Assembly (NCBI GenBank): GCA_944351375.1
Contig: CALVPN010000001.1
Coordinates: 1 to 42,321, forward strand
DNA length: 42,321 bases
Direction of reading: 5' to 3'
From: an uncultured Bacilli bacterium
GTDB taxonomy: Bacteria > Bacillota_I > Bacilli_A > RF39 > UBA660
Within the stretch, counting starts at the first letter, position 1, and the number at the start of each line of letters is the position of its first letter. Made by a program: the position numbers and the translations under genes. Below, piece by piece: positions 17,748 to 26,092 of the stretch. A model generated the notes under the pieces. The model worked only from the letters and a program-made list of their open reading frames with translations, was not told the DNA's origin and did no database searches.

Positions 17748-18451
17748 TGGAAAAACCAATATATCCTAGTCCTTATATGAGAATAACACAAGGGTTTATG
17801 ATAGGTACTCATGCTGATAGTTATGCCATTGATGAAGCGGGTAGTGATAGGGGTATTGATTTTATAGTCGCTCCATTTACAGGGGTTATTAAAAAAATTT
17901 ATACTGGTGATGCTAATGAAGTGTGGATTGAGAGTAGTGAACCTGTAATTTATCCAGATGGAACAGTTGATTATATGACGATGATGTTCGCTCATGATAA
18001 TGATGTTTCTAACCTTTTTGTTGGTAAAGTAATAAACAGAGGAGAAAGATTTTATGAAGAAGGAACTAAAGGTAATGTGAGTGGTAATCATGTGCATATG
18101 GAATGTGGTAGGGGGAAGTTTACTGGTAGTGGATGGCATCAAAATAGTGCAGGATACTGGTCTATTAATAATGGGAAAAATCCTACTGAGTGTTTATGGA
18201 TAGACGATAGTATTACAATTTTAGATAGTAATGGTTATACTTTTAAAAGAATTGAACCTATAGTTAATGGTCCAGATACCCCAGTAGATGATGATGTAGA
18301 TAATGTAGATGATACTGATAATAGTGATACAAATACTGATGATAATAACACAGGTAATGAGGTAGTTAAACCTAAACTTATATTTACTTGTAAGAGTGAT
18401 GATATTTATGCAATAGAGTTAAAAGCAGGTCAGAAGTTATATTTAGAATAA
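17747..18451 (+). CDS. M23/LAS-family metallopeptidase (lysin-like), no signal peptide
   Basis: GNVSGNHVHMECG matches the M23 tGpHLHfE motif. Upstream lie THADSYAID and RGIDFIVAPFTGVIKKIY (h.GiD...a..G.V). A D/N-rich acidic linker leads to a ~35-aa C-terminal module. Confidence 0.72.
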   Translation: MEKPIYPSPYMRITQGFMIGTHADSYAIDEAGSDRGIDFIVAPFTGVIKKIYTGDANEVWIESSEPVIYPDGTVDYMTMMFAHDNDVSNLFVGKVINRGERFYEEGTKGNVSGNHVHMECGRGKFTGSGWHQNSAGYWSINNGKNPTECLWIDDSITILDSNGYTFKRIEPIVNGPDTPVDDDVDNVDDTDNSDTNTDDNNTGNEVVKPKLIFTCKSDDIYAIELKAGQKLYLE

Positions 18452-18453
18452 AA

Positions 18454-18471
18454 AAGAGTCAAGTGACTCTT
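18454..18471. terminator. Hairpin between convergent lysin and ZIP genes
   Basis: AAGAGTC, loop AAGT, GACTCTT. Flanked by an A-run on the + strand. Confidence 0.5.
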
Positions 18472-19270
18472 AACCTAGGGCAACGTCTAATATCATCATT
18501 ACCATAAATCCTAAAATTGTGAATAAGGCCATTAGGTCTTTTTTCTTGTTGGTTTGACTTTCTGGGATTAGTTCTTCTACAACAACATAAATCATGGCTC
18601 CTGCTGCGAATGCTAGTAAAAATGGTAGTATTAATTGTATTTTTAAGACTAGTAAGGCTCCAATTACGGCAGCGATTGGTTCTACTACTCCTGATAGTTG
18701 TCCATAGAAGAAGGCTTTACCTCTTGTATATCCTTCTCGTCTTAGGGGAAGAGATACGGCACTACCTTCTGGAAAATTTTGTAGTCCTATACCAAGAGCA
18801 AGGGCTAGGGCACTAGCAAGAGTTGAACCACTTAGAGAATAGGCAAGGGAACCAAATGCTACTCCTACTGCCATTCCTTCTGGAATATTATGGAGAGTAA
18901 TTGATGATATTAACATAAAACATCTTTTAGTTTTAGAACTGTTTTCATCTTTTCTCTTTTTATCTAAATAATCATAGACTTTATCACCAATAAATAGTAA
19001 AACTCCTCCTGATAGGAAACCTAAGGAAATAACTAACCAACTAGTCATCTTTAGTTCTTCTGACATTTCAAGAGCAGGGGAGATTAAACTAAAGAAACTA
19101 GCTGCTATCATGACACCTGCTGCAAAACCTAAAAGAGCATCCATTAGAGTTTTATTTACTTTCTTAAAAAAGAAGACAATGCTTGCACCTAAGGCAGTTA
19201 TACTCCAAGTGAAAATACAGGCTAGAAAGGCTTGTAAAACTGGTGATAAATTATTAAATGAATCTAACAT
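18470..19270 (-). CDS. ZIP-family divalent metal (zinc) transporter
   Basis: About 8 TM segments. Conserved HNIPEGMAVG and GLQNFPEGSAV motifs typical of ZupT/GufA-type ZIP proteins. Confidence 0.88.
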   Translation of the reverse strand: MLDSFNNLSPVLQAFLACIFTWSITALGASIVFFFKKVNKTLMDALLGFAAGVMIAASFFSLISPALEMSEELKMTSWLVISLGFLSGGVLLFIGDKVYDYLDKKRKDENSSKTKRCFMLISSITLHNIPEGMAVGVAFGSLAYSLSGSTLASALALALGIGLQNFPEGSAVSLPLRREGYTRGKAFFYGQLSGVVEPIAAVIGALLVLKIQLILPFLLAFAAGAMIYVVVEELIPESQTNKKKDLMALFTILGFMVMMILDVALG

Positions 19271-19386
19271 TATAACACCTCTAGTTGTAAGTTATGCAAA
19301 GTGTGTTAATAGTAGTGGGCTAAAAGTAAAATTTTATTAACTGTATATAATATAATGAACACTAATTTAATATATAGGAGGTCGTT

Positions 19387-20238
19387 ATGAAAAAAGATAT
19401 CATTGAAACAGAAATAGTTGTTCGAGAGAATAAAATAAGGGTTATGCGTGTGGGGAATACTGATTATATTTCTTTGACAGATCTCTCTAGATATGCCAAT
19501 CCTAATGAACCCAAAATTCCTATATATGCTTGGATGAGAAATAAGGATGTTTTAGCTTATTTGGGTTTGTGGGAAAATTTAAATAATAATAATTTCAAAG
19601 GTCACGAATTCGAGACCTTTATGAATGAAGCTGGTAAAAATAGTTTTTATATGTCACCACAAAAATGGATTAAGGAAACAAATGCGATTGGTATGATTTC
19701 TAAGTCTGGCAATAATGGAGGTACTTATGCTTGTAGTGATATAGCTTTAGAATTTGCTAGTTGGTTAAGTCCCGAATTTAAATTATATGTTATTCAGGAA
19801 TTTCAGCATTTAAAAAGAGATGCTGCTTATCAGGAAAAAGTGGAATGGCAAGTTAATAGAATTCTTTCTAAAGTTAATTATTTAGTTCATACTAATGCTG
19901 TTAAGAATTATATTGTTCCTAATTTGACTGATAAGCAAAAAAGATTTGCTTATGCAAATGAAGCTGATGTTTTAAATGTAGCATTGTTCGGTATGACTGC
20001 TAAAGAGTGGAGAGAAGAGAATCCTTCACTTGCTTGTAAAGGTAATATTAGAGATTATACTGATTTATTACATTTAGTTATTTTAAGTAATCTAGAAAGT
20101 ATTAATGCAGAATTTATCGCCAGTAATATTCCTCAAAGTGAAAGGCTTGTAAAACTAAATGAAATTGCTAGAAAGCAGATGAATATTTTAGTTAATAATA
20201 AAGGAATTAAAGATTTAGAATTATTGGAAGAAAAATGA
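19387..20238 (+). CDS. KilA-N domain-containing protein
   Basis: N-terminal KilA-N-like block (ISLTDLSRYAN..., GGTYACSDIALEFASWLSPEFKLYVIQEF). AGGAGG lies before the ATG. Confidence 0.78.
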   Translation: MKKDIIETEIVVRENKIRVMRVGNTDYISLTDLSRYANPNEPKIPIYAWMRNKDVLAYLGLWENLNNNNFKGHEFETFMNEAGKNSFYMSPQKWIKETNAIGMISKSGNNGGTYACSDIALEFASWLSPEFKLYVIQEFQHLKRDAAYQEKVEWQVNRILSKVNYLVHTNAVKNYIVPNLTDKQKRFAYANEADVLNVALFGMTAKEWREENPSLACKGNIRDYTDLLHLVILSNLESINAEFIASNIPQSERLVKLNEIARKQMNILVNNKGIKDLELLEEK

Positions 20239-20290
20239 TATAGATAATATTTTGTATCATTAAAAACATATAATTTAATAGGTGTTTATA

Positions 20291-20965
20291 ATGGTAAGAA
20301 AATATAAAGTTCTTTTTTTAATTATGTTTATAGTTTTACTTATGTCATTACAGTTTGTTGATGCTAGAGTTAAACCTAAGAAAACTTTAACTGGTAAAGT
20401 TATAACAATTGATGCTGGTCATGGAGGTAGGGACTCTGGTACTACTTATGGTAATCTTTATGAGAAAGATATTAATTTAGAAATATCTAAAGTGTTAAAG
20501 AAAGTGTTGAAGAGTAAAGGTGCCACTGTTTATATGATAAGAAATGATGATAGTGATTTATCTAGTAAATGGGATAGTGCTAAAAAACGGGGAGATTTAT
20601 ATAGAAGAATATTAAAGATACAAGAGAATAAGAGTGATTTGTATTTATCTATTCATATAAATTATCATTATTATAGTAGTGTTAGTGGGGCTGAAGTTTT
20701 ATATCATCCAATTAATCCTAATAACTTAGTGTTAGCAAAGTCTATTATGGAGGAGTTTAAAAATGATTTAAATACTGATAGAGAAGTTATTAAGACTAAT
20801 TTATATCTTTATTCTAATACAAGAGTACCTGGTGTTTTAATAGAGTGTGGCTTTATATCTAATCCTAATGAAAGGTATTTATTACAAAAAGAAGGTTATC
20901 AAGAAAAACTTGCTAATGCTATCGGTAAGGGAGTAGAGAATTATTTTGAAGAGATAGAAGAATAG
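20291..20965 (+). CDS. cwlD: N-acetylmuramoyl-L-alanine amidase, CwlD-type (spore cortex)
   Basis: N-terminal TM, then blocks collinear with B. subtilis CwlD as I recall it: ITIDAGHGGRDSG, EKDINLEIS, LYLSIHIN, PGVLIECGFISNPNE. The ATG at 20291 lies after AGGTG. Confidence 0.85.
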   Translation: MVRKYKVLFLIMFIVLLMSLQFVDARVKPKKTLTGKVITIDAGHGGRDSGTTYGNLYEKDINLEISKVLKKVLKSKGATVYMIRNDDSDLSSKWDSAKKRGDLYRRILKIQENKSDLYLSIHINYHYYSSVSGAEVLYHPINPNNLVLAKSIMEEFKNDLNTDREVIKTNLYLYSNTRVPGVLIECGFISNPNERYLLQKEGYQEKLANAIGKGVENYFEEIEE

Positions 20966-21038
20966 TTTTTTTAAAACATAGATTTTTTAAAAGAAATTTG
21001 GTACAATAAAGAAGAATAAAAATGATAGGTAGGTAAAA

Positions 21039-21404
21039 ATGAAAAGTGATTGGAGAGAAATTAATAAGCAAAATGAAATGAAACCGAGAGTGGCAATGCT
21101 TTTGGGGGTAGTTTTTTTTGCTATGGGATCTTTGTTTGTTATTTTTAATACACAATTTATGATGAATTTCTTTATAGAAAACGGCATGACTTTTGATTCT
21201 AGCTCTGATTCTGCTGGTTTTATATTTTTTGGAGTTTTTTTTGCTATAATTGGTTTGCTACTTTTTATATACGGTTTAGTAAAATATTTTAAAGAAAAGA
21301 ATGCCCCAACTAAACAAGAATATATTTTACAGCCTAATGGTTTGTATAATAGAATTGAAATTATTAAGATTTTACACAATAATCAAAATGAAGAAAAATT
21401 ATAA
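21039..21404 (+). CDS. Small membrane protein (2 TM), hypothetical
   Basis: Co-oriented with lemA. Two clear hydrophobic helices. A competing antisense ORF (20987-21379) was judged spurious. Confidence 0.5.
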   Translation: MKSDWREINKQNEMKPRVAMLLGVVFFAMGSLFVIFNTQFMMNFFIENGMTFDSSSDSAGFIFFGVFFAIIGLLLFIYGLVKYFKEKNAPTKQEYILQPNGLYNRIEIIKILHNNQNEEKL

Positions 21405-21442
21405 TAGTTTAGTTAATAATATAAAAATTTTGGAGTGGTATT

Positions 21443-21991
21443 ATGGTAATTTATATTGTATTAATAGTTATAGTGTTAGTAGTTATATACGCTGTATTTT
21501 TATATAATAGTTTTATTAAGTTAAATAATAAAGTTGAAGAAGCTTTTTCTATTATGGATGTTTATTTAAAGAAAAGATGGGATTTAGTTCCTAATTTAGT
21601 GAGAGTAGTTAAAGGTTATGCTAAATATGAAAAGAATATTTTAGAAGAAGTGACGAAATTAAGAAGTAGTAATTATGATAATATGTCTAATGATGAGAAA
21701 CTTAAGATTAATTTGAAACTATCTACAGATATTTCAAAGGTTATGGTTTTAGTTGAAAAGTATCCTGATTTGAAAGCAAAGGATAATTTTCTTGATTTAA
21801 ATAATAAATTAGTGAAAATAGAAGATAATATTGTCAATGCAAGAAAATATTATAATGGTACGGTTAGAATATTTAATAATAAAGTAGAAATGTTTCCTAA
21901 TAATATTTTTGCAAAAGTTTTTGGATTTAGGTCAAAGCAAATGTTTGAAGCTAAAGACGGAGAAAGAGAAAAGGTTAAAGTAAAGTTGTAA
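21443..21991 (+). CDS. lemA: LemA-family protein
   Basis: N-terminal TM plus typical LemA blocks (YNSFIKLNNKVEEAFS..DV.LKKRWDL.PNLV, ARKYYNGTVR.FNNK.E.FP). Paired with DUF2207 downstream, as usual. Confidence 0.88.
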   Translation: MVIYIVLIVIVLVVIYAVFLYNSFIKLNNKVEEAFSIMDVYLKKRWDLVPNLVRVVKGYAKYEKNILEEVTKLRSSNYDNMSNDEKLKINLKLSTDISKVMVLVEKYPDLKAKDNFLDLNNKLVKIEDNIVNARKYYNGTVRIFNNKVEMFPNNIFAKVFGFRSKQMFEAKDGEREKVKVKL

Positions 21992-22001
21992 TGGAGGTAA
22001 A

Positions 22002-23916
22002 ATGAAAAATATTATTATAAAGATAATTTTAATTACTGTAATATCTATAGTATGTATTTATCCTTTTAATACTAATGCTTTAGATAATTATATGACTAAT
22101 ACTACTGGTGAAAATAGTTTGTATAGTGCGTATAATTATGTTATTGATAATTATGATGTTGAATTAATAGTAAATGAAAATAATACGTTTGATTTAACTG
22201 AAAAAATTACTGTATATTATAATGTTCCAAAACATGGAATATTAAGAAATATTCCTTTAGCTAATACTATTAAAAGATTAGATGGTACAACAACTAGAAA
22301 TAGAGCTTTAATATCTAATCTTAGTGTTAATGATGAATATGTGAGTTCTAGAAATAATGGTAATTATGTAATAAAAATTGGATCTAATAATAATACTTTT
22401 ACTGGTAAAAAAAATTATGTTATTAAGTATACATATAATATTGGTGAAGATCCTTTGGATGGTGTTGATGAATTATACTATAATTTAATAGGTAGTGAGT
22501 GGGATACAGTTATTAAAAATATCTTTTAGTATTATAATGCCTAAAAAATTTGATGCCACTAAATTAGGTTTTTCATCTGGAAGTGTAGGTTCTATTGATA
22601 ATAGCAATGTAAAATATAATGTTAATGGTAATATAATATCAGGCAATTATGATGGCGTTCTTAATCCTGAAGAATCATTAACTGTTAGATGTGAACTTCC
22701 AGAAGGATATTTTGTAGGAGCTAATATTCCGGTTAATATTAAAGATTATCTAGTACTATTAATACCAGTAATCTTTTTGGGAATATCTTTTCTTTTATGG
22801 TTTAAGTTTGGACGTGATGAGAAAGTTATTGAAACGGTTGAGTTTTATCCACCTAAAGAGTTTAATAGTTTGGAAGTTGGCTTTCTTTATAAGGGAAAAG
22901 CAGATAATAAAGATGTTACTTCTTTACTTATTTATTTAGCTAATAAAGGTTATATTAAAATATCAGAACTTAAAGATAGTAATCCATCATCAAATTCTAT
23001 TAATTTTAAAATAACTAAATTAAAAGAGTATGATGGGGATAATATTAATGAAGAATTGTTTTTAAAAGGTTTATTTTCTGATAATAGGAAAATTTTAAAT
23101 AAAAATGAAGTAACAATTGAAGATTTGAAAGATAATTTTTATGTTACGATGTCAGAGATATTATATAATATTAATAATCCTAAAAATAAAGATTTATTGT
23201 TTGAAAAATTATTGACTCATAATAGGATTCTTGTTTTATTAATGATTGTAATATCTTATTTTATAATTAATATCTATCCGTTAGTCCAATATGATAATGT
23301 TGTAAGGTCAATTGTTATAATCATATTTTCTTTGGCATTTCTTTTAATTGCATTTTATATTTTTGTTGTTACTTCAGATAAGTTCTCAAGATTTTTTAGT
23401 TTATTTTTTGTAGTAGTTGGAATTATTCCTTTATATAGTCTTGGATTACCTTGGATTTCATTAGATAAATATTATTTTATAGGTTATATAGTTTGTTTAG
23501 TTTGTATTTTAGCAATGGTTATAATTTTTAAGTATTTACCAAAAAGAACTTCTTATGGAAATGAGATTTTAGGAAAAACAATTGGATTTAAGAATTTTCT
23601 AGAGACTACAGAAAAGTATAAGTTAGAGGCATTAGTTGGGCAGAATCCTAGTTATTTTTATGATGTTTTACCTTATACTTATGTTCTTGATATTTCAGAT
23701 AAATGGATTAAAAATTTTGAGGTAATTTCAATGGGGGCTCCTTATTGGTATGAAGGTTATACTAATTTCAATGTTGATAATTTTATGTCATTTACAAATG
23801 ATGCGATTATATCAGCAGAAGCAGCTATGTCATCTAGTCCTTCTAGTTCTTCAGGATCTTCTGGTGGAGGTTCATCAGGAGGAGGTTCTGGTGGTGGTGG
23901 AGGTAGTTCTTGGTAA
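22002..23916 (+). pseudogene. DUF2207-family membrane protein interrupted by a +1 frameshift in an A5 run
   Basis: ORF 22002-22529 is the N-terminal DUF2207 part (signal/TM, YVIDNYDVELIV..., KHGILRNIPL). ORF 22495-23916 is the collinear remainder (TMs, Gly/Ser tail). The frames switch at tattAAAAAtatc (22515-22519). Removing one A gives the continuous reading ...EWDTVIKISFSIIMPKKFD... Confidence 0.8.
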
Positions 23917-24009
23917 TGTATAATTTTGTATTTTTTGAATTATACTTCAAAATGTCAAAAAAATTTACATATTGAGATACATATGGTACACTTTTGATAG
24001 AGGTAGATT

Positions 24010-25182
24010 ATGAAAAAGATAAGAATTATATTTTTAACCTGTTTATGTTTATTAGTAGTAGGATGTAGTAGTCCTTTTGTAGAAAATGATGATGAGGCTA
24101 GTATTTCTACTTTTAGTAGTGGTACTTTAAGAGTTAATTATATTGATGTAGGACAAGGAGATTCTATATTTATACAACTTCCTAATAATGAAACTATGCT
24201 TATAGATGCTGGAGAAGCTTATAAGAGTGATAATGTTATTAATTATCTTAATAATTTAGGTATTACAAAGATAGATTATGTAATTGGTACTCATCCTCAT
24301 ACTGATCATATTGGAGGATTAGAAGAAGTTATTAATACTTTTGATATAGGCTCTATTTATATGCCTAGAGCTAGTTCTACTAGTAAGACTTATGAAGATT
24401 TGCTTACTACAATTAGCAGTAAAGGTCTTAAAGTTAAGACTGCTAAGAGTGGAGTGGTTGTTCTTGATGAAGATAATCTAAAATTAGAGTTTATCGCTCC
24501 TAATAGTGATAGTTATAGTGAGTTAAATAATTATTCTGCTGTTTTAAAATTAACTTATTTAGATAATACATTTCTTTTTATGGGAGATGCAGAGACTTTA
24601 AGTGAAGAGGAGATAACTAGTGAAATCAAAGCCGATGTTATTAAAGTAGGTCATCATGGTAGTGATTCTTCATCTTCCCTAGAATTTGTTAAGAAGGTAA
24701 GTCCTGAGTATGCTATTATTATGGTTGGAGAGGGTAACTCTTATAATCATCCTTATCAATCTATTATAGATAGATATGAAAGTGTGGGAGCGAAAGTCCT
24801 TAGAACTGATTTAGATGGTAATATTATTTGTGATTGTGATGGTTCTACTGTTACTTGTGATGGAGATAAAGATTCTAGTAGTAATAGTAATTCTAATAAT
24901 TCTACTAGTAATATTAGTCTTGTTAGTTTGACTTCTCCCGTTAGCCGTGGAAATAATGCAACTATTAGTATAAAAGGACTTCCTAATACAACTTATGATA
25001 TAGATGTTATGTATTCTAGTGGTGCTAGCAAGGCAAGTGGACTTGAAGATAAAACTAGTGATAGTGAAGGTAATGTTAGTTGGACTTTTAAAGTTAGTAG
25101 CAATGTTAAAGTAGGTACTTATGAAGTTAAAATTACTGATGGTGAAAATAGTGTTAGTTATAGTTTAGAGGTGATACAGTAA
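24010..25182 (+). CDS. ComEC-like metallo-beta-lactamase-fold lipoprotein
   Basis: Lipobox LLVVGCSS. VNYIDVGQGDSIFIQLPNNETMLIDAG, THPHTDHIGG and KVGHHGS match the MBL domain of ComEC/Rec2-type proteins. Ig-like C-terminal domain. Confidence 0.85.
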   Translation: MKKIRIIFLTCLCLLVVGCSSPFVENDDEASISTFSSGTLRVNYIDVGQGDSIFIQLPNNETMLIDAGEAYKSDNVINYLNNLGITKIDYVIGTHPHTDHIGGLEEVINTFDIGSIYMPRASSTSKTYEDLLTTISSKGLKVKTAKSGVVVLDEDNLKLEFIAPNSDSYSELNNYSAVLKLTYLDNTFLFMGDAETLSEEEITSEIKADVIKVGHHGSDSSSSLEFVKKVSPEYAIIMVGEGNSYNHPYQSIIDRYESVGAKVLRTDLDGNIICDCDGSTVTCDGDKDSSSNSNSNNSTSNISLVSLTSPVSRGNNATISIKGLPNTTYDIDVMYSSGASKASGLEDKTSDSEGNVSWTFKVSSNVKVGTYEVKITDGENSVSYSLEVIQ

Positions 25183-25376
25183 TGGATGTAATTGTTGATA
25201 GAATTGAAGGAGATTATGCAGTTGTGGAAATAGAAAAAGGTAAGATGTGTAATTTACCTTTAGTGTTTGTTCCTAATGTTAAAGAGGGTGATGTTGTTAC
25301 TATAACTATTAATAAAGATAAAATTGAGGAGAGAAAAAAGACTATAGAAGATCTTATGAATAGTGTTTTTGAATAA
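25182..25376 (+). CDS. DUF3006-family small protein
   Basis: 64 aa, VDRIEGDYAVVE...LP....EGDVV pattern. Start overlaps the upstream stop (TAATG). This is the usual partner of the MBL gene. Confidence 0.78.
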   Translation: MDVIVDRIEGDYAVVEIEKGKMCNLPLVFVPNVKEGDVVTITINKDKIEERKKTIEDLMNSVFE

Positions 25377-25414
25377 AAAGTATTCTGTGAAAAAAAGTAA
25401 ACGTGTAATTATAG

Positions 25415-25456
25415 ACCATTTTTCCCACTTGAGAAAAATGGTTAATGGACTTTTTT
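25415..25456 (+). terminator. Probable terminator of the MBL-DUF3006 operon
   Basis: Perfect 10-bp stem: ACCATTTTTC (25415-25424) pairs with GAAAAATGGT (25433-25442). The T6 run is offset by 8 nt. Confidence 0.5.
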
Positions 25457-25712
25457 CCGACACTGGCAAGTTGTTAAAAAGCAGTAGTTAATAACTTTGA
25501 TAAAATAAAGTATTATATAATGGTAAAACTGCAGATGATATTGCTAAAAATTGTTGTACAATGTCTGAATGTTTACCAATATCTAAAAAGTTTTTAAAAA
25601 AAATAGAAAAAGAGAGGAAATATCAAGATAAATTAATAAATTTATATTAAGACTCATTAACTATGAAAAATGACACTTTATTCGTCATGATTGTAGTATA
25701 AATCATATTTTT

Positions 25713-25744
25713 AGAGGAATATTCATTAATTGTTCCTCTTTTTA
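25713..25744 (+). terminator. Orphan intrinsic terminator in the long intergenic gap
   Basis: AGAGGAA (25713-25719) pairs with TTCCTCT (25733-25739), followed by TTTTT. There is no intact CDS upstream of it. Confidence 0.55.
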
Positions 25745-25795
25745 GCTTATTAATATATTTACGAAAATTCGTAACTAATTTATTACATTTTTTTC

Positions 25796-25824
25796 TTGTG
25801 CTAAAAAAAATAATATGATACTAT
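25796..25824 (+). promoter_or_regulatory. Promoter for the small hydrophobic ORF (TTGTGC-17-TACTAT with TGn extension)
   Basis: TTGTGC 25796-25801. The 17-nt spacer contains an A8 run and ends in TGA. TACTAT 25819-25824. The predicted TSS (~25831) coincides with the first base of the left repeat arm. Confidence 0.5.
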
Positions 25825-25831
25825 ATTTATA

Positions 25832-26059
25832 GGGAAAACTTAACTATTGGGTACTTGCCTACTCTAAATAAGGAGGGGCTTGATATTATGAGAAAAATAG
25901 ACTTTTTAGTTACTGCTTTAATCATAATCATCTTCTTATTAATTGTCTTGCTTTTTGTAAAGTAACACCACAGAAGAAAAGTACTCAATCGCAAGATTAA
26001 GTACTGAACCAAAAATAAATTGGGGCAAGTACTCAACTCGGGTAAGTTAAGTATTTCCC
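25832..26059 (+). repeat. Bipartite imperfect inverted repeat flanking the small ORF (26 potential base pairs)
   Basis: 25832-25844 (GGGAAAACTTAAC) pairs with 26046-26059 (GTTAAGTATTTCCC) for 13 bp with one bulged A. 25847-25859 (TTGGGTACTTGCC) pairs with 26024-26036 (GGCAAGTACTCAA) for 13 bp with one G-U. Confidence 0.85.
25888..25965 (+). CDS. Candidate type I toxin-like peptide, 25 aa (MRKIDFLVTALIIIIFLLIVLLFVK)
   Basis: Not in the ORF track because it is too short. Strong SD AAGGAGGGG (25870-25878) lies 9 nt before the ATG. Single TM helix flanked by basic residues. Own promoter, with a local hairpin and T-run terminator at 26030-26065. Confidence 0.45.
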   Translation: MRKIDFLVTALIIIIFLLIVLLFVK

Positions 26060-26086
26060 TTTTCATATTGTATGAATTTTTCTTAC
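25971..26086 (-). ncRNA. Candidate cis-antisense RNA convergent with the small ORF (putative antitoxin)
   Basis: Downstream of the minus-strand promoter. On the minus strand it ends at a hairpin, AGTACTTAAT pairing with ATTGAGTACT (26005-25980; 10 bp, one G-U), followed by TTTTCTTCT. It would overlap about 95 nt of the toxin 3' UTR. The 79-aa ORF inside it lacks an SD. Confidence 0.35.
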
Positions 26087-26092
26087 AAATAT

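Noticed and set aside
17687-19340. ORFs 17687-18142 (-), 18610-18816 (+) and 19110-19340 (+)
   Set aside because: They are antisense to the M23 lysin and the ZIP transporter respectively. No SD. Implausible sequences.
20919-21507. ORFs 20919-21155 (-), 20987-21379 (-) and 21301-21507 (+)
   Set aside because: They overlap the co-oriented membrane-protein and lemA genes. The + strand 121-aa ORF has an SD-like GGTAGGTAA and clean TM helices. The others are shadow or out-of-frame ORFs.
23838-23916. Gly/Ser-rich repeat at the DUF2207 C-terminus (SSPSSSSGSSGGGSSGGGSGGGGGSSW)
   Set aside because: This low-complexity tail is a normal feature of DUF2207 proteins. It is not a mobile or expanding DNA repeat.
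13015-25400. Intact prophage, ICE or transposon around the KilA-N / holin-lysin / TraX genes, and any CRISPR array
   Set aside because: No integrase, recombinase, transposase, capsid, tail, terminase or conjugation ATPase genes. No flanking direct repeats and no repeat-spacer array are visible. Only isolated cargo-like genes are present.
25260-25469. 69-aa minus-strand ORF
   Set aside because: It overlaps the DUF3006 3' end and its terminator hairpin. No SD.
25827-26066. 79-aa minus-strand ORF
   Set aside because: There is no SD before its ATG. It lies entirely antisense to the SD-bearing 25-aa ORF and spans the inverted-repeat arms. It is better explained as the non-coding antisense transcript.
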